Origin: Welwitschia mirabilis
Lineage: Eukaryota
Reading direction: 5' to 3'
Assembly (NCBI GenBank): GCA_051453625.1
Contig: JBOZIK010000001.1
Location: 4,869,998-4,907,644, forward strand
DNA length: 37,647 nt
Shown: in pieces, positions 1-11,149 of the stretch
Layout: each line of letters starts with the position of its first letter
How positions within the stretch are numbered: the stretch's first letter is position 1
Notes under the pieces: generated by a model
Seen by the model: only the letters and a program-made list of their open reading frames with translations
Databases searched by the model: none
Told to the model about the DNA's origin: nothing
Made by a program: the position numbers and the translations under genes

Positions 1-1246
1 AGTTGTTTTTTTGGAATTTTCAAAGTTATGTCTTTATACTTTTTTAGCATTATATCATGGGCCTAAGCATTTGTTATGTTTTCTAGAGGATGGTGGTTTC
101 TTTCTGACAGGTTTCTTGATCTTATGAGTTCTAACTTTCCATGTGTTCAGACACTTTTGTGGCATCTTTGAGTAGTATTTTTTCCTTAGTGCATTTTTCC
201 TCTATGATCATTTTCCACCTCTCTGTCATGCATTCATCTTTTAGGCTCTTTAATTCTCAGGTCACTCTCTCCTCTTTCCATTTCATTCCTACATTTTCTG
301 ATTTTATGACTTTTTCAGATTGCATCTATTTTGGAGTTTGTTGTCCATCTTAGTTGTACCCATGATAGGGGGGATAACACTCCCTTTTTGCTTAGGGTGC
401 AATTTGAGATATCTTGTTATTTTTGTTTGGTGGTAGGACACTTTTTTAGGCATTAATCTATCATAATTAGCNNNNNNNNNNNNNNNNNNNNNNNNNNNNN
501 NNNNNNNNNNNNNNNNNNNNNNNNNNNNNNNNNNNNNNNNNNNNNNNNNNNNNNNNNNNNNNNNNNNNNNNTTCTTGTGTGGTGGTAGGACACCTTTTTA
601 GGCATTAATCTATCATGATTAGCATAAAACTTTCTTCAATTTTGAGCTTTCATAATCTAATCTTAATTGAGTTGTTCTTCAAGTAAATTAAATAAAATTT
701 TTAGAGCATTCATGCACTTTATCATGTAGGATCCAGTAGTACTTATACATGTTTTCTCTATCCATGTTTTTCGGATCATCTAATTATGTTTTATTTATTA
801 TTATTGTTTTCTTGTCTTATTGATGTTACTNNNNNNNNNNNNNNNNNNNNNNNNNNNNNNNNNNNNNNNNNNNNNNNNNNNNNNNNNNNNNNNNNNNNNN
901 NNNNNNNNNNNNNNNNNNNNNNNNNNNNNNTGATGTTACTAACATGATCACCTAAATTATGTAAACTACTTAAGCTATCATGATGATCCATTATTTTTGT
1001 TCTATAATATTTATACACAGTTTTACTTTTATGAGTTATCAGGTTCCACTTATGATTTCTATATGTGTATTACACTCATTTTGTAGTGACATGCTTAAGT
1101 AAGAGGCTTAGAAAAATTTTTTAGTGCTTGTATTAATTACCTATTGATGGTATCGTTTGCTATGGACTCAATTTACATTTTATAAGCATTATTTTTTTCT
1201 TAAANNNNNNTACTTGATCAGTTACTTTGTCAGGGACTGATAAGTC

Positions 1247-1260
1247 TAAGTAAGAGGCTA
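1247..1260 (+). promoter_or_regulatory. Polypurine tract (PPT) of element A
   Basis: taagtaagaggcta lies immediately before the TG start of the LTR and is homologous to the PPTs at 34580-34592 and 35392-35404. Confidence 0.7.
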
Positions 1261-3773
1261 TGTTACTATGCCAATATGTGAGAATTTGATGGTGTATTTT
1301 GAGTACTTTTGTAGGACATTCATATAGGTTTTGACACAATACTGATGACTATGAGGATATGATATGATAATCAGCAAAACATGTGATATTGGACATTATT
1401 GGCAGTTTTTCAGACTTATTCTGATACTATAGGAATAGAGGAAGGACTTTGTAATATAAAGACTGACTTACCTTGGAGAAAAGAGCATAAGAAGGAAGTC
1501 ATCCTCTCTGTCATCCCTAAGACACCTAGGATGATCATACTGCTAATATGGATAGAAGCCTATAGCATCGATAGTAGCACATGATGACAGGGCATCATCT
1601 ACATCTTCATCTAGATGACATACATAACGATGGCATCGGGATTATGCACAAGCAACCCATGGGATCAATGGCCACACATTGCACATAATCCAAAGCTCTT
1701 AAGGCATTGTCTCTTATGTCATATGGATGACTGATAGGATGAGAACTATTTTTACACTGCAGTAATAAATTTCATTGTAAATGGGATTAAATAACCCATG
1801 TGGTTTACTAGGGTTTCTATTTCTTGCCTCTAGGGTTTTACCTCTACTTTCCTCAATGGAAAAACTATAAGTACCCTTTTTCTCCTTTATTTCTATTCCA
1901 TCTTTTGTACCTGATACTTGTGACAGAAGNNNNNNNNNNNNNNNNNNNNNNNNNNNNNNNNNNNNNNNNNNNNNNNNNNNNNNNNNNNNNNNNNNNNNNN
2001 NNNNNNNNNNNNNNNNNNNNNNNNNNNNNTGTGAGAATTTGATGGTGTATTTTTAGTACTTTCGCAGGACATTCATATAGGTTTTGATACAATACTGATG
2101 ACTATGAGGATGTGATACGATAATCAGTAAAACATGTGATATTGGACATTATTAACAATTTTTTAGACTTATTCTGATACTGCAGGATTGGAGGAAGGAC
2201 TTTATAATATAAAGACTGACTTACCTTGGAGAAAAGAGCAGAAGAAGGAAGTCATCCTCTCTGTCATCCCCAAGACACCTAGGACAACCATACTGCTAAT
2301 ATGGATAGAAGCCTATAGCACCAACAGTAGCACATGATGACAGGGCATCATCTACATCTTCATCTAGATGACATATAGGATAATGGCATCGATATTATGC
2401 ATAAGCAACCCATGGGATCAATGGCCACACATTGCACACAATCCAAAGCTCTTAAGGCAGCATTGTCTCTTATGTCATGTGGATGACTGATAGGATGACA
2501 ACTATTTTTACACTACAGCAATAAATTTCATTGTAAATGGAATCAATTAACCCATGTGGTTTGCTAGGGTTTTTATTTCTCGTCTCTAGGGTTTTGCCTC
2601 CAATTTCCTCAATGAAAAAACTATAAATACCATTTTCCTCCTTTATTTCTACCCCATCATTTGTACCTGATACTTGTAACGAAGCTTAAAGGGTGAGAGG
2701 TCCATTCTATGCCACAGAAAGGAGTCTCCTTGGTGTCAAGTTGTGTTCCTCTCATTAAGGTGCTATTGTTCTGATGTTGTAAGTGGATGCTATTCTGATT
2801 TTACTGGATTAATATAATTTCTTCCTTCATCTCATTATTATGCATCCCCCTTATGATTCAAGTTGATCTTAGTTAATGATAAGCTTTGATTTATTTAGAT
2901 CATAAGGGTAACCTGCATTAAGGTTGACCTTGTTAGTAGAATAGATTTACATTATTTATTTCTATATTCCATATTACATTTCAATTCTTACTTGGATAAA
3001 TCAAGAACTAGTGAAAATTCTTCTTCATTGATATAAGTTATAGAGAAGTAGTCTTTATGATATAAAGGATAAGATATAAGTAGGATCTATTTTTACTTCC
3101 ATTTCTATTCCTTCTCCATTGCATTCGCATTCCATGTCCATTCACATGCATTTCATTTCTATTTAAGCATTGCATTTACTTAAGATATTTCCTTTCAGTT
3201 TTTCTAAAGGTAAAAGAACTAAAAATACATTAGTGAAAGCAATTCTCTAACTCTAAGCCTAGTGCCTTCGTTGGATTACAATATTTGAGTGAACTCCAAT
3301 CTATACTAGAGTGTGTTTTATGTAATTTATATGATTTATAGNNNNNNNNNNNNNNNNNNNNNNNNNNNNNNNNNNNNNNNNNNNNNNNNNNNNNNNNNNN
3401 NNNNNNNNNNNNNNNNNNNNNNNNNNNNNNNNNNNNNNNNNATAAGTTATAGAGAAGTAGTCTTTGTGATAGAAAGACTAAGATCTAAGTAGGATCTATT
3501 TTCACTTCCATTTCTATTCCTTCTCCATTGCATTCGCATTTCATTCCCATTCACATGCATTTCATTTCTATTTAAGCATTGCATTTGCTTAAGAGTTAGA
3601 GAATTATATAAAATACATTAGTGAAAGCAATTCTCTAACTCTAAGCCTAGTGCCTTTATTGGATTACAATATTTGGGTGAACTCCAATCTATACTAGAGT
3701 GTGTTTTATGTAATTTATATGATTTATAGGTTATTTAAGGGGTTTCTAGATTGCATAAATTTACACCGCAACA
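1261..3773 (+). repeat. 3' LTR of element A (length inflated by gap-flanking duplicates 1277-1929/2030-2685 and 3033-3341/3442-3730)
   Basis: TGTT...AACA termini, TATA-like ctataaatac at 2621-2630, and both ends similar to LTR 20622-22500. Confidence 0.8.
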
Positions 3774-6076
3774 TAAAACTTTATTAATTTTGGACATGTT
3801 ATATCCACTAATTCTTCTAATGCCTTCAATTTTAGGTTTTCCATTATCATCAAAGGTTACTTCTTCTCCATTTGAAATCTTGATTTTTCAGTTATCATGT
3901 GTCGAGAACAATTACTATATAAATACCAATAAGTTCCATATGATACCTTAAATGCTATTTGAAACAACAAGATTTTCAGATTATCATCCCTTACCTACTT
4001 AATTCTTTTAGACTATTGTAATACATAATTCTTTAGAATAAATTTAAATGAAAAGGTATTAGTAAGACTTAAAAATAATATTATCTTTCTAAATTTGCAA
4101 AATAATTTTGAATGATCTAACTTTTCATAAAAATGACAGATAATATTTGAAATAGAATTATTTTACCTATTATCTTATTTGAATGCTTGGATGATTTTGG
4201 AGAGGTAAAACTAATACCTCTCTTATTATGAACTAATTTTTGTATTCTAAGCATCTATTTCAATTTACAAGAACTATTAGAAAATTTATTAACAAAATAA
4301 GACAAGATATTTACCTCTTAAATTAGCTTGGTATTTTCTGTTTGAACAATTCTGTCTTTAACTACCAACTCTTATTTTTCTTTGTTTGGATCCTTTACTA
4401 TTCTTTTAACTCATTAATAAAATTTATTATTTTTTTAAATTTTGAGTATAGTTCTTGATAGGTATCTTCTAGCTCTTATTGACTTTCTTCTATAAGGTCT
4501 AAGTCATCTAGTTTAGTTGAGCATGATATATTTTTTAAGGAAGAAACTATNNNNNNNNNNNNNNNNNNNNNNNNNNNNNNNNNNNNNNNNNNNNNNNNNN
4601 NNNNNNNNNNNNNNNNNNNNNNNNNNNNNNNNNNNNNNNNNNNNNNNNNNTACCTATTATCTTATTTGAATGCTTGGGTAGTTTTGGAGAGGTAAAACTA
4701 ATACCTCTCTTATTATGAACTAATTTTTATATTCTAAGCATCTATTTCAATTTACTAGAACTATTAGAAAATTTATTAACAAAATAAGACAAGCTCTTTA
4801 CCTCTTAAATTAGCTTGGTGTTTTCTATTTGAACAATTTTATCTTTAACCACCAACTCTTATTTTTCTTTGTTTGGATCCTTTACTATTCTTTTAACTCA
4901 TTAATAAAATTTATTAGTTTTTTACATTTTGAGTACAGTTCTTGATAGGTATCTTCTAGCTCTTATTGACTTTCTTCTATAAGATTTAAGTCATCTAGTT
5001 TAGTTGAGCATGATATATTTTTTAAGGAAGGAACTATTACAATAAAAGAAAGTCTCCTATATCCATCTAATTCTTCACTTGAGCTACTATCATCTTCTTC
5101 ATCTTATTATCTAAAGTGATAATGAATGATGATTTTATGGATTTTCTTTGATTTCTTCTATTATTAGGACATTTATTTATAACATGTTCATATCCTTTAT
5201 AGGCATAGCACTAGATATTCTTTTCTTTTTCTTAATTTCTTCTTAGATTAGACTAATCCCTTTTTGATTCCTTGCTTGATTTACCATCTCTTTTTATTTT
5301 GTGCAAGAATTTTTTAGACCTTTTTGCTAATAGTGCAACTTTGTCCTCACTAAAATATTTATCTTATCTTTTAAATATGAAATCTCCCTACACACTTTTT
5401 AATGGACTTTTCTTCTTATTTTTAGAGAACTTTAACTCATAAGTTTAAAGATTACCTTGCAGTTCATTCAAGGCCATTTAATTAATGATGTTACTTTCTT
5501 CAATGGTAGTGACCTTTAGCTTAAAATTATTTGGAAGAGATCCTAGTACTTTTTATACCACTTTTTCTTCATCCATATTTTATTCTAAACTTACCATTTG
5601 ATTTATCATATTTGTTAATTTGGAAAAGAACTCCTGTAGAGTTTCTTCTTTTTCTATGTAAATATCTTTAAAATTCAAGATAATTATTTGTAGCTTTTCT
5701 TGCTTTACAATGGATATCCCTTCATGGACTATTCCAAGTATGTCCTAAGATTTCTTAGCATGTTCATAATTAACTATCCTATTGAATTCATTTTCATAAA
5801 CTATACAAAAAATAACATTAAAATCATAGGGATCTATGGTTGCTTTGGCCTTATCAATGGGGATCCATTAGTCTCGAGTTTTTCAATAATTATGGTGATA
5901 CCATTAGTATCAATTTTAGCTATTGTGGGCATAACATATCCATTGTAGATAGCATCCTCTATGTCTACATTAGGAGATCTAAGAAATATTCTCATTCAAG
6001 CTTTCTAGTAAGCATAGTAGATTCCATCAAACATAAGTAGTCTTTTGATAGAGAGGCCATTAAGAAGATTACTCAT
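3774..6076 (-). pseudogene. gag: Degenerate copia (SIRE) gag-protease
   Basis: Manual minus-strand translation from ATG 6076 gives MSNLLNGLSIKRLLMFDGIYYAY*KA*MRIFL (RPPxFDGxNYxYWK motif). Further motifs: knuckle 1 CYAYKGYEHVINKC (5169-5210); QKLVHNKRGISF (DKxGLGY-like); knuckle 2 CHFYEKLDHSKLFC (4097-4138); protease WYLYSNCSRHM (3896-3928, = WYLDSGCSRHM); then VTFDDNGKPKIEGI. Many stops and frameshifts. Confidence 0.9.
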
Positions 6077-6128
6077 AGCTAGGATTTAGAAATCAAGATC
6101 TATTACGATCTACAACTGACTCAATCTC

Positions 6129-6140
6129 ACTCTAAAACCA
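6129..6140 (-). promoter_or_regulatory. Primer binding site (tRNA-iMet type) of S1
   Basis: actctaaaacca is a decayed gctctgatacca (reverse complement TGGTATCAGAGC), 2 bp from the LTR end at 6143. Confidence 0.75.
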
Positions 6141-6429
6141 AATGTAGGATCTAGAATTCTAGAGGAGGAATGAATAAGATTTAAAATTTAAATATTACCC
6201 TCTAAAAATTTCATCAAAAATATTTGAGAATTTAAATTAATGGACAAAGCTATTATTAAATAAGATTAAATGAAAGAACATGAAAATAACTAAAAATATA
6301 AAATACCAAATAAGNNNNNNNNNNNNNNNNNNNNNNNNNNNNNNNNNNNNNNNNNNNNNNNNNNNNNNNNNNNNNNNNNNNNNNNNNNNNNNNNNNNNNN
6401 NNNNNNNNNNNNNNACAAATTTTTTTTTA

Positions 6430-7087
6430 ATCTTTAAAAAATTTAATTCATAAGTTTGAAGATTACCTTATAGTTCCTCTAGTGTTATTTGATTGATATT
6501 CTTGCTTTCCTCAATAGCTATAATCTTTAGCTCAAAGCATTTTGGAAGAGATCTTAGAACTTTTTGTACTACTTTTCCTTCATCCATTTTCTCCCCTAGA
6601 ATTGCCATATAGTTTAATATGTCTATCAGTCTAGAAAAGAACACTTGTAGAGTCTCTTCATCTTCCATGCAAATATCTTTAAACATCAAGATAAGCACCT
6701 ATAGCTTTGTCTATTTGATAGTGGATTTCCTTCATGTGCAATTTTAATACATCCCAAGCTTCACTGAGATGTTCACATTTCATAATCCTCTTGAATTCAT
6801 ATGTACAAACTAAATTATGAAAAAGCATTAAGATCATGGAAATCTAAGGTTGCCTTGGCTTTGTTTATAGGAGTCCATCGGTCTCAAGATTTCTCAATAA
6901 CTATAGTGGTTCCATTACTATTAGTTTTTGATAGCATTGGAATGACATATCCATTATACATAACCTCTTATATGTCTACATCTATGAATCTAAGAAATAT
7001 TTTTATTCAATCCTTCTATTATGCATAGTTGATGCCATCAAACATGGATGGTCTTTTAATAGAGAGGCAATTAGTAGGATTACTTAT
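6430..7087 (-). pseudogene. gag: Degenerate copia gag N-terminal half (S2)
   Basis: Colinear with S1 gag (~5420-6076). Start codon mutated to ATA (7085-7087). Includes ORF 6468-6698. Confidence 0.85.
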
Positions 7088-7139
7088 AGTCGAGGTTTAG
7101 GAGTCAAGATCTATTAAGATCTACAAATGACTTAACCTT

Positions 7140-7151
7140 GCTTTGATACCA
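7140..7151 (-). promoter_or_regulatory. Primer binding site (tRNA-iMet type) of S2
   Basis: gctttgatacca has 1 mismatch to gctctgatacca and is followed by aa-TG (LTR end at 7154). Confidence 0.85.
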
Positions 7152-7823
7152 AATGTTGCATCTAGAACCTTATAATATTTTAAAAAATAAATTTTAAAAA
7201 AAATATTGAAAAGCTATATTTACAAAATATTTAATATTAGAAAAAAATATGTGTGCATATGAAATAAAAAAATGATCTGAAAAGAAAAATAACTAAAACT
7301 AGAAAACACCAATGGAGATTTCTTAAACTCATGATTTATAGTAGTTCAGGAAATTTTCTACTCTACTCTCAGTAATCAGCTTCTACCAAAGTCTGATTTG
7401 GATTCTTATTACTTTCTTTCTAGGTCAACCTGTAACCTTTACAAATGGACTTTTTAAGGCTAAGTCTCAACCTTTGTAAAGCAAAGCTTTTGATGACAAT
7501 AGTATGTCAGAATGCATTGACTCCACTAGATTAGGAGTAAAACAAAGTCATAAATATATTATCTAAAAGCAAGTTCATAGACCTAAGTATTTATAATGTA
7601 GTTTCTTCAACTAAGATCTCAATAGTACAAAATAGTGCTTTTTCATTTTGGTTGATTAAAAAACTATATGAAGATTTTAATTCATATGGCTTATATAAAA
7701 GATGGATTTTAGAGTTTATAAATGAATCTAATACTTGAACAGTTAAAACTAAGAAGACAATGATGAAGAAAATAGGATAAAAAAATTCCATTTTTGCCAT
7801 TACATTTTGACCTCTTGAAGCAT

Positions 7824-8218
7824 CTAGTTGACTCCATTGACTACTATCACTAAAGTTGGTTGACCCCATTAACTATTGTCACTGAAGTTAGTCAATCCCA
7901 TTTTCTTCTAATTGACTTTAGTTCTTTTTGTTAACTAGTCTAATCAGCTCCATCCAGAATCTAGTTGATTCATATGGTCTAGGTCTAATTGACCCCCTTT
8001 TTGATCTAGTTAATCCCTTATCAACTTGATATGAAACATTTTTTGCATAGATCTAGCTAACCCCTTTGAAATTTGATTGACTTCTTAATAAATTGATTTG
8101 ATAATTTTTGGTATAAGTCTGGTTATGTCCTATAGAATCTAGTTAACACCTTAATAAATTGATTAGATAATTTTTGATATGTATTCAGTCGACCCCTTTG
8201 GAATCTAGTTGATCCCTT
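7824..8218. repeat. Degenerate palindromic-core repeat array in the S2 LTR U3 region
   Basis: About a dozen variants of (t)CAGTCGACCCC, with an intact copy at 8186-8196. Higher-order periods of 32 bp (7827/7859) and 66 bp (8084/8150). Confidence 0.7.
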
Positions 8219-8646
8219 ATTTATTTTATCACTTATCAAGTTCATGCAAAGCTAGTAAAAAATTTTGGATTACTTCTAACCTATAAGGACTATTATTTTA
8301 TATAATAATTGCAACATATTTTTGCTACACTAGATATGTTAGTTTGATATCAACCTAGTAAGAATAACTTAATAGTGTCTAGGAGAATAATACATGGGAA
8401 GGAATGAAATGGAGAGTGGGTAAACATGTGTAGGAATAGGAGCAATGGCTAAGAAACTTTTATTACATGTTAGGATGGGAAGGAAAATTTTACTTTTTAT
8501 GTATTTTTCAAAGAGTGGAGGGTAATAATTACAAACCCTATATATGCTAAATCACTAATTCTAATACAACTTAGTTTTAATATTTAAAACACTATGAGGC
8601 CTTCAACATGAAAGGAATTTTAACAATTAACTAATGGATTAATCAC

Positions 8647-10827
8647 TGTTACACCTATTTTTAAGTGATAATTTTAAATGTCCTCAAATTTTATATCTTT
8701 GTAATCTATTTATCATAGATAAAGAATTTGTAAGTAAGTGGGACTTAAAAGTTACAGATAGGAAATTTGAAATATTAACTATTTATTAAATAACTAATTA
8801 ACTTAACCATTTATGCTAAGACTATGCTCAAATTATGGTTGTAATTATAGGTTATTATAAATAATAAATTATAACTTAATGTAAGTACCATAATAATAAA
8901 ATCAANNNNNNNNNNNNNNNNNNNNNNNNNNNNNNNNNNNNNNNNNNNNNNNNNNNNNNNNNNNNNNNNNNNNNNNNNNNNNNNNNNNNNNNNNNNNNNN
9001 NNNNNATAAATTATAACTTAACGTAAGTACCACAATAATAAAATTAAGGAGTGTATATATATATATATATATAACAAATATCATAAATCTGCAAGACACA
9101 TAAGATTCTTCAAATATAATTGCTATATTGTATCAAGGTAACAATTAAAGAAAAACATGTAGATGACACCCAGTTCTCATTGTGTTTATTAGCAGTTTTG
9201 AATATACTTCTTTGTAATAGATCCTACACATACATGTATGGTGTAAAAAGTGCAACAATCATAATTCCAACTATGGCCCAAGGTAAGGAATAGGTAGGAA
9301 TAAGATTCCCAAGGTATAAGATAAAAGAAAGTAAGACACCAAAAGCATGACTAATACCTTAGTATTAATTTAATATTATCTTCATTTATTATTATATCCT
9401 AATAAGTTATAGTAATCTAGTTTCACACAAACCAATGCACATTTCTCTATTTTTATCTAGTAGTTTAGTTACAATACCTTTTGGTTCATAATAGAGAGTA
9501 TCACTCTCTGAAGTCCAAATAGCTAGTTACCTTAGCTAGTTTTAGTTCTTGTAATTTATTGTATCATAATTACATGTTGATGATTAACATAAGAATTTAC
9601 AAGATGGTTCACAATAGGCTATCAAGGATCATTCAAGGCTTGCATCAATAATATAAGCAAGGACTCTACAACTCACATAAGAACCTTAAAACTTGTAACA
9701 TAAGGGACTTACATAAGTGTAATTTTGTAGATTACTAAGTGATTCATGCAAATTGATAAAAGAAACTTCAAGAAAATATAAATATTACTAGCAAATAATT
9801 TTAAATGTGTGAGATAATTGAAAAAATAGCTAGGACTATACAACTAATATAATAAGGCTCCTTGATCATACCTATTTTAAAGCTAAGTTCACAAATATTG
9901 CTAATAATTTTCAAGGCTCAAATACATTTACAAGTATAAAGTATGTATCTATAACTCTAATGGTTAAGTACCTATAGGTACTTATAATTAAATAGTAATT
10001 GTAATGGTTAAGTACCTATAGGTAATTTAGATTTCATAACCCATCCTTTCCAATCCTAGTCACTAGGTGTTATAATAATATAATAATAGTGATAAATAAA
10101 TTTAATTGCATTAAATAAATAATATAAGTAAATACTTTAGAGCACATATAACTACTATTTTATGAAAAATATTTAATTAAAATAAATCTACTCCAAAACT
10201 ATAGTTAATTTTCAAAATAAGTGAAGTAATTCAATCCTAAACTGTAAGAGTAGAAAAACATGAATAAGTAATGATAAATTCTATAATTAAATAAATATTT
10301 CAATTGATTTCCTAAAAGTAATAAATTTAATTTAATCTTTCAATAAAATTTCTAAAATAAATAAACATGTAAATAATTATTTTTCCTTTTACTATAATCA
10401 TTTTTAAACAAGTAACAACTAGAATTAGCATTATTAATTCTTTTTTAATATTTAATTACTCATCTATCTAATTTGTAGGGTTTTTAAACCTTAGAAAAGT
10501 TGAACGTGACATGTATGATTTGAGAAAGATCTTTATAAAAGAAACAAATAACTCTATCTTATTAGAAAACATGTTAAACATACTTAAGAAGTAAATGTTT
10601 GAAATGTTATAGGGTTTGGAAAAATGTTTCATGATCTTTTTACTAAAAAGCATGAATTATCTCCTAAGGAAATTTTTGTTATGACTAGAAAAGATCTTCT
10701 TCATAAAATTTCAATCAAGGCTAGGGCAAGGAGTGATGGAGATGGATTAGAGTGTGTATAACTAAAACTTCACTTTTTCCTTAAGACAAAAGGAAGAAAA
10801 AAAAAAGGTTAACTTAAGGGCATGACA
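8647..10827. mobile_element. Possible Tekay/Del-type LTR or solo-LTR remnant
   Basis: Imperfect terminal inverted repeats tgttacacct (8647) ... gggcatgaca (10827), both explainable as decayed TGTCACGCCC/GGGCGTGACA. Non-coding, with an internal palindromic repeat. Flanking 5-mers (atcac/gatac) do not form a clean TSD. Confidence 0.3.
9054..9073. repeat. (TA)10 microsatellite
   Basis: Read directly from the sequence. Confidence 0.95.
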
Positions 10828-11149
10828 GATACATTTAAACTTCTTAAGAATTAAATAGAGGTCTTTAGACTCTAAATAATGATAGTATGATAAAAGTTAA
10901 ATGATTACAAATTTAGAGTTGGTTTTATAATCATTAAAATGATGAACTAATATAAAATGAATTTCTTAAGCACTAAGGTTAAAGATGATCTTTTAGGATG
11001 TGCCTCAATTATTGAGTGCTAAAGAGGTTTCTAGAAGAGTTGGAATGGAAGTATAACTAAGTGTTTTTATCCTTATTAGCATCTTAGTTAAATCCCTCTT
11101 ACGAATGGCTTCTATAAAATTATCTACTCTCATGATCTAATACAGGATT

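Larger units (their letters stand above)
1..3773 (+). mobile_element. Element A: 3' non-coding internal region, PPT and 3' LTR of an Athila-like Ty3/gypsy LTR retrotransposon (same broad family as element B)
   Basis: The PPT/LTR junction gggactgataagtctaagtaagaggcta|TGTT (1233-1264) matches element B's ggaactgataaggctaagtggaggacta|TGTT (~35377-35408). The end ttgcataaatttacaccgcAACA (3773) matches B's 5' LTR end ttgtataaatatgcattacAACA (22500). Confidence 0.8.
3774..6314 (-). mobile_element. Element S1: SIRE/Maximus-lineage Ty1/copia retrotransposon (part of 5' LTR, PBS, gag, protease), interrupted by element A
   Basis: On +, the PBS remnant actctaaaacca-aa is followed by TGtaggatctag...ctagaggaggaatgaataag, a decayed version of the SIRE U5 motif ctagagggggggtgaatag. 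The gag has two zinc knuckles and is followed by a copia protease motif. Confidence 0.85.
6415..8352 (-). mobile_element. Element S2: second, diverged SIRE/Maximus copia 5' fragment (gag N-terminus, PBS, 5' LTR)
   Basis: ORF 6468-6698 (KVVQKVLRSLPKCFELKIIAIEESKNINQITLEEL) is a copia gag UBN2-type domain. PBS gctttgatacca at 7140-7151. The LTR from 7154 carries the SIRE-like tttatagtagttcagg (~7336) and a palindromic repeat array. Right boundary approximate. Confidence 0.8.

Noticed and set aside
5700..7028. Similar plus-strand ORFs 5700-5948, 5840-6040 and 6801-7028 that look like a small membrane-protein family
   Set aside because: They are antisense shadows of the two copia gag copies.
7591..7869. 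92-aa minus-strand ORF with a hydrophobic stretch
   Set aside because: Lies inside the SIRE LTR across the repeat array; no recognisable motif.
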